64,000 bases of DNA from Alphaproteobacteria bacterium (GTDB lineage Bacteria; Pseudomonadota; Alphaproteobacteria; JAAXGF01). Position 1 is the first letter of the stretch, and each line of letters opens with the position of its first letter. Shown here piece after piece: positions 23,976 through 33,743 of the stretch. The stretch spans positions 32,001 to 96,000 of the forward strand of contig CAUVXB020000001.1 of the NCBI GenBank assembly GCA_963555825.3, in the 5' to 3' direction. The position numbers and the translations under genes are program-made. The notes under the pieces are model-generated. The model was given only the letters and a program-made list of their open reading frames with translations. It was not told where the DNA came from and did no database searches.

Positions 23976-24735
23976 TCAATCTCGAAGCATAAGTTCACCC
24001 CAGAATGGAATTGCCGAAATTTTTTCCTGGGTAATGCCTGCGTTGGCGCCCTCGGCAACGTCGTCATAATCGAGACCGAGAAGCGGCCAAAACTCCAACA
24101 GTAGAAAATTCCTCAAGTTCGATCCGTAACAAATAATGTCAGATCCGTATACGGATAGAACCGGATTTCCTGCCTCGAGTGAATTCGCCAACAGATAGCG
24201 GTGCCCCGTAATCGGTATCAGCCTGGGTGCCGTTGCGACAAGCCGAGCAACCTTTTTGCGGACACCTGTGACCTCGCCTGGCCGCTCTCCCCAGCTGTCG
24301 AGCCATAAAGAGCTTTCTTCGACGTGGAACAGTAAACCTTCCAACGGCCAGTTCAATGCATCAATGATTGCCTCATCGTTTTTTTTGCCAATCAAAATAA
24401 GACGGTGCATCGCTTTCTTCGCTCAAGTCGTAAAGAGGCTCATCGCTCCAACCGACGCTATACACACCGCGATCGGGTGCGTTGAGGACGGCAAGAAACT
24501 GGCGATAATCTCTCGGAAACTTTAGCTCCCAATGCAGTTCGAGAGCATCAATCCGTGGTTCGCCTAAACCAATCTGCCATTGGGTGCCGGTTCGCCACGA
24601 GCTGCCGCCCACTCCCTCGGCCTTGAACGCGTCGAGTGTTGCGGTCTGATGGATTGCCCATGCTGCTTCGGTCTGATTCTTCAGCCATGGCAGGAAGTCG
24701 TCAAGATTGTCAGGAACTTTCGATAGGGAACTCAT
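23976..24735 (-). pseudogene. SMI1/KNR4-like protein, frameshifted
   Basis: GLGEPRIDALELHWELKFPRDYRQFL, APRLIPITGHRYL, NPVLSVYGSDIICYG; an A8 run (T 24379-24386) breaks the frame and A7 would restore it. Confidence 0.7.
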
Positions 24736-24747
24736 CCGGACTATGCG

Positions 24748-25710
24748 CTAATCGCGGTCGAATTGGCCCGAGCGCACCGCGGCGGCGATCAGGTTCCAGA
24801 TCAGCCGCCCGGCGGTCAGCGCGGTGATGCCGTTGACGTCGCGCATCGGCTGGATCTCGACGATGTCCATGCCCATGACGCGGCCCTTGGCGAACAGCCC
24901 GTGGATCAATTGGCGCATCTGCACGTAGCTCACGCCGCCCGGCGCGGGTGCGGCGACCGCCGGCATCTCGGTCGGGTCCATGCCGTCGGCGTCGACCGTC
25001 AGGTAATAGGTGCCGCCGTCGGGGATGCGCTCGAGCACCGCGGCCATGCCGATCTCGTGCAGCTCGTAGGCGGTGATCAGGTCGGAGCCGTAGGCCAGCG
25101 CGTCGCGCACCTCGCCCTCGCGCGCGCTGCCCTGGGCGCGCAGGCCGATCTGCACGATGCGGTCGAACCAGTCGAGCTCGGAGGCGCGCCGGATCGGGCT
25201 CGAATAGCCCTCGCGCGCGCCGTTGACCTCGTCGCGCCAGTCGAGATGCGCGTCGATATGCACCAGGGGGATCGGCCCGTGCTTCTCGAGCGCGCGGAAC
25301 ACCGGGATCGGCACGCCGTGGTCGCCGCCCAGGGTGACCAGCATGGCGCCGGCGTCGAAGACTTTTCGCGCCGCCGCCTCGGCGCGCCGGTAATGCGCCG
25401 ATAGGTCGCGCGCATCGCCCGGCGCATCGCCGATGTCGACGATGCGGATGTCGTCGCGTCCGTCGAACAGCAGGCCGCCGATGTCGAAGTCCCAGCGGTC
25501 GATATTCAACGAGATGCGCGCCGATTCGCGGCGGATCGCGGTCGGCGCGTTGGTCTGGTCGTTGGTCACCTCGTCGATCGTGTAGGGATCGCTATAGGCG
25601 ATGCCCATGATCGCGAGGTCGGCCTCGAGCTGATCGAGATCGGTGACCAGCGGGAAGTTCATGAAGGTCTGCATCTCCTTGCGAGGCGCGACGGTGAGTT
25701 GCTCGGACAT
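24748..25710 (-). CDS. Agmatinase / ureohydrolase family protein
   Basis: LGGDHG, HIDAHLD, DADGMDP, MDIVE. Confidence 0.92.
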   Translation of the reverse strand: MSEQLTVAPRKEMQTFMNFPLVTDLDQLEADLAIMGIAYSDPYTIDEVTNDQTNAPTAIRRESARISLNIDRWDFDIGGLLFDGRDDIRIVDIGDAPGDARDLSAHYRRAEAAARKVFDAGAMLVTLGGDHGVPIPVFRALEKHGPIPLVHIDAHLDWRDEVNGAREGYSSPIRRASELDWFDRIVQIGLRAQGSAREGEVRDALAYGSDLITAYELHEIGMAAVLERIPDGGTYYLTVDADGMDPTEMPAVAAPAPGGVSYVQMRQLIHGLFAKGRVMGMDIVEIQPMRDVNGITALTAGRLIWNLIAAAVRSGQFDRD

Positions 25711-25813
25711 TCTCGTCTTCTCCAGGACGTAGGGGGGGCGCGGGCGCGACACGAAAGTGCGGATTATAGGTGCCGCGATATGCCTGAACAAGAACACCGG
25801 CCCCGCGCCTTGG

Positions 25814-25889
25814 GGGCGCGTAGCTCAGTCGGCAGAGCATCTGACTTTTAATCAGAGGGTCCCGGGTTCGATCCCCGGCGCGCCCACCA
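25814..25889 (+). tRNA. tRNA-Lys (UUU), copy 2
   Basis: Complete 76-nt cloverleaf with CCA; four differences from copy 1. Confidence 0.96.
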
Positions 25890-26125
25890 CCTAAGTCAAT
25901 CGTATAGGGTTATCGAGCCAGGGAGCCGAGCGCGACGTTTTAAGGGTCATGGTCGAACATCGAACCCGCCAAGCGACTGCGTCCACATAGAACCAGCAAC
26001 CAGGCGCCAAACGTCCGGGGTCGAAGTCGTATCGTGTTCAGGTATGTTTTCTCTTGGAAAGCGGACACAAAAGGTACGAACTCTGAGATTCCGAGACTAG
26101 CCCATTCTGCTGGATTTTTCACAAA

Positions 26126-27004
26126 TCAAAAATTTTTTATACTCGAAATTTTAAGAAAGCGTTCACCCCATATGCCAAAGCAAGCAACAACCAACGTCGA
26201 AAAAACGAAAAATAACAAATTAACTACCCCCTCGCGTTCGTCCTTCATAATTTCATATGTACGAATATCTATTTGATATTCTCTCTCGACCTTATCCATT
26301 ACAACTTGATCAACAAAACCAATTATCACCCTATCGTCACTGTCTCTTGCTTTTGCCATCAAAAATGAATGTAAGCAGCTGTGCGCCATTCTTTACGTCT
26401 ATCTTTGTTGGTTGTGGAGATGAATGAGAAATGGACAAATTCTGCGGGGCAGCAAGGACAATGTTCGCACGATCAACGAAAGTATACGATATTTGTAGAT
26501 CGACGTCGATTGTTGTTGCATCTTGCGTTTCTGGAAGATCCGGCATCATCAGTTCCACCGACCCGGTCAAAGGCCCTTCACGTGGCACTTCGCTGCCATC
26601 CTTTGGCGGCCACGGAAACCGACCAGTGTCGATCGCGAATCCAGGCCCCTCAAATTTCCAAAGTTTCGCATTCGGACGGAGCAGCCCCGTTAAATCCTTG
26701 CGAGGCGAGTCGGGCTGCCCCGGTTGAACGTAGCCATTCCTTCCCATGGCAAACACGGATTGTGGTCTTGGAATGGACAAGAATTCGAAAGTTTTACAAA
26801 TATAGCCAATTTCATGCCGCCAATAACCGTATTCATTATCGTAAATTGCAATCCTAGCTCCAGCATCAATGTCTGCATAACCTGGGAATTCAGACGTTAG
26901 TCTCGGGTGATACGTATCTCGCGTCAACTTTAGAACAAACTCGGCTGCAACTTCAGAGCGATATATTTCCTGACTGCAAGAATTTATCCCTAAGTGTATT
27001 ATTT
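26126..27004 (-). pseudogene. AT-rich hypothetical gene, truncated by IS256 and probably frameshifted
   Basis: The frame of ORF 26337-26927 stays open up to the IS256 end; the overlapping ORF 26126-26389 carries a TM segment. Confidence 0.45.
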
Positions 27005-28456
27005 CGGCGATGTCCCTATCTCTGTTGAAATTCGTGGGGCAGGCGTCGCTGGTTGATGATGCTATGCTGCCTTCATGATGGTTTCAATGGCACTGTCGGC
27101 CTGAGCCTTTCTCAAGTGTTCCTGGAGAGCATTTCGGAGGATGGGCAGCTGACGATAGGCCTTGAGGCGACGGAAGGTTTTCTGGGCCTCCAGCAGGCCG
27201 GCGGCGGTCCATCTGAGCGCCATCTCGGCGTGTCTCCAGCGTTTGACGTTGCGGGTGACCTGGCGCACCGTGCCGAGCGCGTTCTCGACGATGTTGGTGC
27301 AGGCGAGCGAGCGCCGGAGTTCGTGCGGCAGGCCGAGGCGGATGACGGTGAGGATCTCGTCCAGCCCCTCCAGGATGCTGCCCGAGACGCCCGGTTCCTC
27401 ATGCTCCAGACGCCGGGCCAGGTTGCGCAGCAGCCGTTCGGCCTTGTCTGCGTCGTCCTGGTCCCAGGCCTGACGGAGCGCCTTCTTGACGCTCGCATGC
27501 AAATGCAGGGGCAGGCGCTCGATGATGTTACGGCCCTTGTGGACCTGGCAGCGCTGGATGGCGGCGGCCACACCGAAGGTGTTGCGGATCGCTTTGCTGA
27601 GCGCCTTCGCGCCATCGACGATGAACAGCCGGGGCAGCGTCGGATCGAGCCCCCTGGCGAGGAGATTGTCGAGCAAGGCCTGGACGACGACAGTGTTCTC
27701 CGTCGCCCCCTCGACCACGGCCAGGACATGCTTGTCGCCGTTGCCATCGACGCCGATCGCCGCCACCAAGACATGGTCGCCGACATGCAGACCGTCGATC
27801 TGGATGACCAGCAGGTCGAGCTCCGAGAGGTCCGAGGCGAGCCAGGCCTTCATCTTCTTGCGCGACAGCGCCACAAAGCGCCGGGAAACGGCCGACTTCG
27901 AGGTGCCGTCGCCACGCGCTTTCGCCAGGTCGCCCTCGGGCAGACGGACCGCGCGGTGGTACTTGCGGGTCGACACGTTCAGGACCATCAGGTTGAGCGC
28001 CCACTCGAGCAACAGGTTGCCGTCGCGCAGCACCTGCCAGCTCTCCAAACCCACCTCCTTGCCAGCATGGTCGCGAACCCGTGGCCGCTGCACTTTCACG
28101 CGGCCGCCGTGGTAGCCGATCTCGCTCTGCGTATGGCCCCAGCGATAACCCCGACGGTTCCCATGGCGACGATGTCGGGCCCCGCACACGGTCGTGGCGT
28201 CCTCCTCCATCATCTCGGCCAAGGCCTCGACCCCGGCCAGGAGACAGAACCGATCCACGCTGAGACGGACTGCGTCCATCGCGTCTGCCAGCGGCGGCAT
28301 AGGAAACGAGGTGGCAAGGGCTTTCGGGCTACTGGAACTACGGATATTCTTTCCCATGGTGTCGTTCTCCCTCTTGGGTTTGCAGCACCCGGAGCCTAAC
28401 GGCTCCAGGAGAGCGACACCTACCTCAACTTTTCAACATCGACCGGGACATCTCCG
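27005..28456 (-). mobile_element. IS256 family insertion sequence
   Basis: IR CGGCGATGTCCCTATCTCTGTTGAAA / TTTCAACATCGACCGGGACATCTCCG; imperfect 8-bp flanks TATTATT(T/C). Confidence 0.88.
27062..28357 (-). CDS. IS256 (mutator-type) transposase
   Basis: VSTRKY, SKSAVSR, IQIDG, IVDGAKAL, QRCQVHK, TNIVEN. Confidence 0.93.
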   Translation of the reverse strand: MGKNIRSSSSPKALATSFPMPPLADAMDAVRLSVDRFCLLAGVEALAEMMEEDATTVCGARHRRHGNRRGYRWGHTQSEIGYHGGRVKVQRPRVRDHAGKEVGLESWQVLRDGNLLLEWALNLMVLNVSTRKYHRAVRLPEGDLAKARGDGTSKSAVSRRFVALSRKKMKAWLASDLSELDLLVIQIDGLHVGDHVLVAAIGVDGNGDKHVLAVVEGATENTVVVQALLDNLLARGLDPTLPRLFIVDGAKALSKAIRNTFGVAAAIQRCQVHKGRNIIERLPLHLHASVKKALRQAWDQDDADKAERLLRNLARRLEHEEPGVSGSILEGLDEILTVIRLGLPHELRRSLACTNIVENALGTVRQVTRNVKRWRHAEMALRWTAAGLLEAQKTFRRLKAYRQLPILRNALQEHLRKAQADSAIETIMKAA

Positions 28457-28470
28457 TATTATTCTTTTAA

Positions 28471-28703
28471 CCGATATTTCCCAGATAGCATTCGTATCGG
28501 AGCAAATCGTAGGCGAACCCGAACACCGATGGAAGGAATTTCGCTCTGCGGTCATTCGGCAGCCCCGATTTGATGATTTGGCCGTTGTTGGAAGCCCATT
28601 TGGCCAAATTTGTCGTCATCCAGACACACCTCTCCTGTCTTTTCCACCTTGCCGTCAATTTCCTCGGCCTACGCCGGGACGGGGCTTCGGCGTAGATCAT
28701 CAA
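28471..28703 (-). mobile_element. Old IS1380 3'-end remnant (continues at 45202-45230)
   Basis: Collinear with the end of the intact IS1380 at 38539-38770 (IR CCGA(T/C)ATT(T/C)CCCAG; DDLRRSPVPA*). Confidence 0.8.
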
Positions 28704-28884
28704 CCCGCATTTCCCAAGTATCGTCGATATTCAGTGCGGCGAGAAGGCGATTCTGCTATAAGAATCATGAAGTTGTAGCATACATGGAGCGGCGGATATG
28801 GCACACCCGATGGGTGAATCGAAACCGGGGTGCCTTCGGGTCGTTTTTGACCGTCGATTGAAGCTTGAATTCCACGGTTCCAAG
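28704..28884 (+). mobile_element. IS1380 left end with transposase N-terminal stub
   Basis: IR CCCGCATTTCCCAAG; MAHPMGESKPGCLRVVFDRRLKLEFHGSK is cut by IS21. Confidence 0.85.
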
Positions 28885-29002
28885 TGAGAACGGCAGAGCA
28901 ATAATCCCCCACTGAAGCGGCCGGTCGATCCGGCTGCGGCGGACCAAAATGGGACCGCGTATAGCCTTCTGTCAGGGTTGCTCTGACTGGAAGGCGGGGG
29001 GG

Positions 29003-30502
29003 ATGTATCGGGTGGAGTTGTACGCACGGGTTCGGCGGGCGTGTCATGTCGAGGGGATGAGCACCCGCGAGGCCTCGCGGGTGTTTGGTGTAGACCGCAA
29101 GACGGTCCGTAAGATGCTGTCGTTCTCGGTGCCGCCAGGGTATCGCCGAAGCGCGCCGCCGAGGCGGCCAAAGCTGGGTCCGTTCACGGGAATCATCGAT
29201 CGGATCTTGGAAGACGATCGGACCAGCCACCGCAAGCAACGGCACACTGCGAAGCGCATCTTCGACCGCCTCCGGGACGAGTACGGTTTCACGGGCGGCT
29301 ACACCATCGTGAAGGACTACGTTCGTGAGCAGGGGCTTCGGTCGCGTGAGGTGTTCGTGCCACTCTCCCATTCCCCCGGTCACGCCCAGGCGGACTTCGG
29401 CGAAGCGATGGCGGTGATCGGCGGCGCGTTACGGAAGATCCACTTCCTTGCCTTCGACCTTCCCCACAGTGATGGTTGCTTTGTTGCGGCCTATCCGGCG
29501 GAGACGACCGAAGCATTCTGCGATGGCCACAACGCGGCGTTTGCCTTCTTCGGCGGCGTCCCCCGATCCATCCTGTACGACAACACCAAGCTGGCGGTTG
29601 CCCGGATCCTGGGCGATGGGAAGCGGCAGCGAACGCGCGTCTTCACGGAGCTTCAGTCCCACTATCTGTTCGAGGACAGGTTCGGCCGGCCGGGCAAGGG
29701 CAACGACAAGGGCAAGGTCGAGGGACTGGTCGGCTTCATCCGGCGGAACTTCCTGGTCCCCGTCCCGCGTGCCGAGAGCTTCGCGGCCCTCAACGATGCT
29801 CTCGCCGAACAGTGCCGCCGGCGCCAGGCGGCGCGGCTGCGGGGCCACAAGGAGACCATCGGCGAGCGTCTCGAGCGGGATCGTCAAGTTCTCTTGCCAT
29901 TGCCGCCTGCTCCCTATGATGCCTGCGATAAGCGCCCTGGACGGGCGAGTTCGCTGTCGCTGGTGCGTTACCGCAGCAACGACTATTCCGTGCCCGTGGC
30001 CTACGGCCACCGTGAGGTGCTCATCCGGGGCTACGTCGATGAGGTGGTGATCAGCTGCGGGGCCGAGGTGATCGCCCGGCACCGCCGGTCCTACGACAGC
30101 GAGGACCTGATCTTCGACCCGCTGCATTACCTGCCCTTGATCGAGCAGAAGATCGGCGCCCTCGACCAGGCCGCGCCATTGGCGGGCTGGGACCTGCCCG
30201 AGGCCTTCATCACTCTGCGGCGGCTCCTCGAAGCTCGTATGGGCAAGGCAGGCAAGCGCGAGTACGTCCAGGTGCTCCGTCTACTGGAGACCTTCCGGCT
30301 CGAGGAGGTCGAGGGTGCGGTCGGCGACGCCCTGCGGCTCGGCGCAATCGGCTTTGATGCGGTGAAGCACCTGGTACTGTGCCGCATCGAGCGGCGGCCG
30401 CCCAGGCTCAACCTCGACGTCTATCCGTATCTGCCGCGCGCCCGGGTCGCGATGACGTCCGCCAAGTCGTACATGAGCCTGCTGTCGGGGCTCGGCGCAT
30501 GA
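29003..30502 (+). CDS. istA: IS21 transposase
   Basis: HAQADFG, YDNTK, GNDKGKVEG, NDYSVP. Confidence 0.95.
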   Translation: MYRVELYARVRRACHVEGMSTREASRVFGVDRKTVRKMLSFSVPPGYRRSAPPRRPKLGPFTGIIDRILEDDRTSHRKQRHTAKRIFDRLRDEYGFTGGYTIVKDYVREQGLRSREVFVPLSHSPGHAQADFGEAMAVIGGALRKIHFLAFDLPHSDGCFVAAYPAETTEAFCDGHNAAFAFFGGVPRSILYDNTKLAVARILGDGKRQRTRVFTELQSHYLFEDRFGRPGKGNDKGKVEGLVGFIRRNFLVPVPRAESFAALNDALAEQCRRRQAARLRGHKETIGERLERDRQVLLPLPPAPYDACDKRPGRASSLSLVRYRSNDYSVPVAYGHREVLIRGYVDEVVISCGAEVIARHRRSYDSEDLIFDPLHYLPLIEQKIGALDQAAPLAGWDLPEAFITLRRLLEARMGKAGKREYVQVLRLLETFRLEEVEGAVGDALRLGAIGFDAVKHLVLCRIERRPPRLNLDVYPYLPRARVAMTSAKSYMSLLSGLGA

Positions 30503-31263
30503 CCGACACACCGCAAGTGCTGCTCGCCCACCACCTCAAGACGCTGAAGCTGCCGACCTTCCTGCGCGAGTACGACAAGATCGCCCGGCAGTGCGCCTCG
30601 GAAGGCGTCGATCACGTCCGCTACCTGTTGAGACTCGCCGAGCTCGAGCTGATCGACCGCGAGCGCCGCATGGTCGAGCGGCGCATCAAGGCGGCGCGCT
30701 TCCCCGTGGTCAAGAGCCTCGACAGCTTCGACTTCAAGGTCATCCCCTCGCTCAACAAGGCGCTGGTCCTGGAGCTGGCCCGCTGCGAGTACATCGAGCG
30801 CCGCGAGAACCTCATCGCGCTCGGCAACAGTGGGACCGGCAAGACCCACATCGCCCTCGGTCTCGGCCTGGCGGCCTGCCAGAAGGGCCTCTCGGTCGGC
30901 TTCATCACCGCCGCCGCGCTGGTCCACGAACTCATCGAGGCCCGCGATGACAAGCAGCTGCTGAGGTTCCAGAAGAAGCTCGCCACCTACAAGCTTCTGA
31001 TCGTCGACGAACTCGGCTTCGTGCCGCTGTCGAAGACCGGCGCCGAGCTGTTGTTCGAGGTGTTCAGCCAACGCTACGAGCGGGGCTCGACCCTGGTCAC
31101 CACCAATCTGCCCTTCGACGAATGGACCGAGGTGTTCGGCTCCGAGCGCCTCACCGGCGCGCTCCTCGATCGCCTCACCCACCACGTCAACATCCTCGAG
31201 ATGAACGGTGACAGCTACAGGCTCAACCAGAGCCGCAGGCGTCAAACCCCGACTGCTAACTGA
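30499..31263 (+). CDS. istB: IS21 helper AAA+ ATPase
   Basis: GNSGTGKTH, LIVDELG, LLDRLTHH, GDSYRL. Confidence 0.95.
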   Translation: MTDTPQVLLAHHLKTLKLPTFLREYDKIARQCASEGVDHVRYLLRLAELELIDRERRMVERRIKAARFPVVKSLDSFDFKVIPSLNKALVLELARCEYIERRENLIALGNSGTGKTHIALGLGLAACQKGLSVGFITAAALVHELIEARDDKQLLRFQKKLATYKLLIVDELGFVPLSKTGAELLFEVFSQRYERGSTLVTTNLPFDEWTEVFGSERLTGALLDRLTHHVNILEMNGDSYRLNQSRRRQTPTAN

Positions 31264-31454
31264 ACCGACCACCCAGCCCACGCTTGACCCCGTGGGCCCA
31301 CAGGTCCCTCCCGCGCGCGCCGCCGCGTCAGCCTGTTGAGGGCACGCCGCGTCGCGCGCGGGGCCCTCCCGTGGACTACGGGGACAAGCCCGCAGCCGCC
31401 AAGCGGTCCCTTCTTACACCGCCGAGGTGGTCCCTTTTTGCTCCGCCATTGACA

Positions 31455-31715
31455 AACTTCCTCAACAACGTCTCGGTGCCTTGGAAGCTGACCTGCGACG
31501 AGCTCATCTACTGTCATCAAGGGACCTTCCGTCTGATGTGCGACGGCGAAGCCTACGTCCTCAATCCGGGCGATATGATGCTCGTTCCCAAGGACAACGA
31601 GATCGCTTACGAGGCCGACGGCAAGTGCGTCATCTTCTACGCGGCAAGCCCCGTCGATCGGAAGCAGCGGGCGGGGATCACCGAAGTGCCGGGCATCGAT
31701 CCAGAGGACATGTGA
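31455..31715 (+). pseudogene. EutQ-like cupin, 5'-truncated by IS21
   Basis: WKLTCDELIYCHQGTFRL...LNPGDMMLVPKD cupin motifs. Confidence 0.7.
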
Positions 31716-31817
31716 TCCGACGTTTCCCCGCCATGCCCTCGACCGACCGTAATCGGCTGCATGTTCGGCGCGCCCGCGCGGAAGAGGGAATTCGTCGATT
31801 GAATTGGCGCGGGCCGG

Positions 31818-33322
31818 CTATCGACCGGTTGGATCGGGCGCGCCTTCCCAAGCTTCGTAGGCGGCGGGAAAGACGTCTTCGACAGGCTCGTTTTCAGGCC
31901 AGTAATCGGCGAACCGAGCCCACGCGCGATCGGTCGAGCGGCGCACTTCGGCGAGCAGCCTTTCCTCATCCCAAACCGTGAGGCGCCCGTCTTCGACCAG
32001 CATGCGGCCTTGGACCATGACATGCTTCACCACTTCACCATCGCAGCTCTGGATCAACGCCTTGATGGGGTCGAGGAACGGCCCTGAGCGCAGTCGCCCG
32101 AAATCGCAGACGACGCGATGTCGGCCTGCGCGCCCGGCGCCAGACGGCCCAAATCGGGCCGGTCGAGCGCACGAGCGCCCGCCAGAGTGGCGGCGTCGAA
32201 GATGTCGCGTGTCGACGCGTGTTCTTGATCGTGATCGGCGACCTTGCCCATCAGCGCGGCGAACTTGAGCTCGCCAAGGATGTCTTGGGGATAGCTGTCG
32301 GTGCCGATGGCCAGGTTGACGCCGGCGTCGCGATAGCGCTGGAGCGACTCGAGGAAGAGGCCACGCCGGGCAAACACCAGCGGGCAGTGAGCGACCGTCG
32401 CACCACTCGATGCGAGCTTGGCCAGATCGTCGCCGTAGGGAAATGCGATCTGGCTGTGACCGGAGGTGTAGAGGACGTGGCCGAGCACGACCTCCGGCCC
32501 CAGAAAATCGAGATCATGCAGCATGGAGACCGGCGTGCGGCCGGTCTCACGGATCGAATCCTGGACCTCGATAATCGATTCGGCGCAATGCGTGGTAATG
32601 CCGACGCCTAAGTCCTTGGCTGCCTCCTTGGTGCGGCGCAGCAGCTCGTGGGTGGTCGCGTGGTATTCGAGCGGGACCAAGATGCCACGGAACCGGCCGC
32701 CGAATGCCCCGTCGTATTGTCGGATGAACGCGACCGCTCTCTCCAGACCCCTGAGGCCCGCTGCTTCATCCCACTGCATGCGATGGCGTCCGCCCTGGTC
32801 GAAGTAATGGTGAGCCGAGGCGTAACCGGGCGAGGTGTAGAGGCGGATACCGAGTTCGCCGGCCAACTCCACCATCGGCCCCATGCCGTCGCTCGCGGCG
32901 CCGCCACCGAGCTCGCCGCCCATGTCGACCACGGTGGTGGCGCCGCATTTCAGAAGCGACGCGAGACTGAAGCGGATACCGGCCTCCGGTGTCTCGTGGT
33001 CGTGAATGGTTGGGCCATTGACGCCCTTGGCGGTGCAGTAGTTCAGGAAGCCGGACCGGAAGAGGTCGCGACGGCCGCCGTCGAACACCATGCGATCGCC
33101 GGCATGCGCCCCGACATGACAGTGCATGTTGATGAGACCCGGTATGACGAGATCGTGTCGGGCGTCGATCTCGTTGTCTGCCTTGCCACGCCAGGTTTTG
33201 CCGACGTGCTCGATAATGTCGCCACGAACGACGACCACGCCGTCTTTGATGATGCGATGCTTCGCGCCGTCGAAACCGACGATCCAGCCACCGTGAATCA
33301 CCGTAACGTCACCGCCCGACAT
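31818..33322 (-). pseudogene. Amidohydrolase (chlorohydrolase/SsnA-like), frameshift near 32115
   Basis: PGLINMHCH, HCAES, AIGTD, GRLAPGAQADI; the C-terminus (VKHVMVQGRMLVEDG) is in another frame. Confidence 0.85.
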
Positions 33323-33446
33323 ATATCGTCTCCATGGCAAGGGTTGCGGCAGAAGATGCCAGTGAACTCGACCGCCGACCCTCCCTTAGAGTCCATCGCG
33401 CGCAGAAATGCTAGCCCGTTGGGTCGGTCACCACGGGCCGACCGCG

Positions 33447-33740
33447 CTATGCGTTGACCGGCGGCTCGTGCGGCAGTCGGCTCAGCACGTCGCGGCCGTC
33501 TTCGGTGATGACCAGCGTGTGGCCAGTCGACATCGCGACGCCGGAGTCGGCACCCGTGTACATGGCGTGCAGGAAGAACACCATGCCGGGCGCCGCGATC
33601 AGCGGGTTGCCCGAATAGAGCATCGGCGGCACGTCCATCCAGGTCGGACGGTAGGTCGCGCCCGGCGCATAGCCGCAGGCGGCAAAGCGGTGCACCGTCC
33701 GGCTCGCCTCGTCGAACACCCGGCGGTGGAGGTCAATGGG
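33447..33740 (-). pseudogene. C-terminal fragment of an M24 peptidase
   Basis: CGYAPGATYRPTWMD..PGMVFFLH..GHTLVITEDGRDVLS; pairs with the N-terminal piece at 41420-41787. Confidence 0.8.
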
Positions 33741-33743
33741 GGA

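Larger units (their letters stand above)
28885..31454 (+). mobile_element. IS21 family insertion sequence
   Basis: TG...CA ends with repeated subterminal motifs; contains istA-istB; no TSD, and both flanks are truncated genes. Confidence 0.92.

Noticed and set aside
19943-25889. Prophage or ICE with attL/attR at tRNA-Lys
   Set aside because: No integrase, phage or conjugation genes; both tRNAs are full length and diverged rather than an identical att core.
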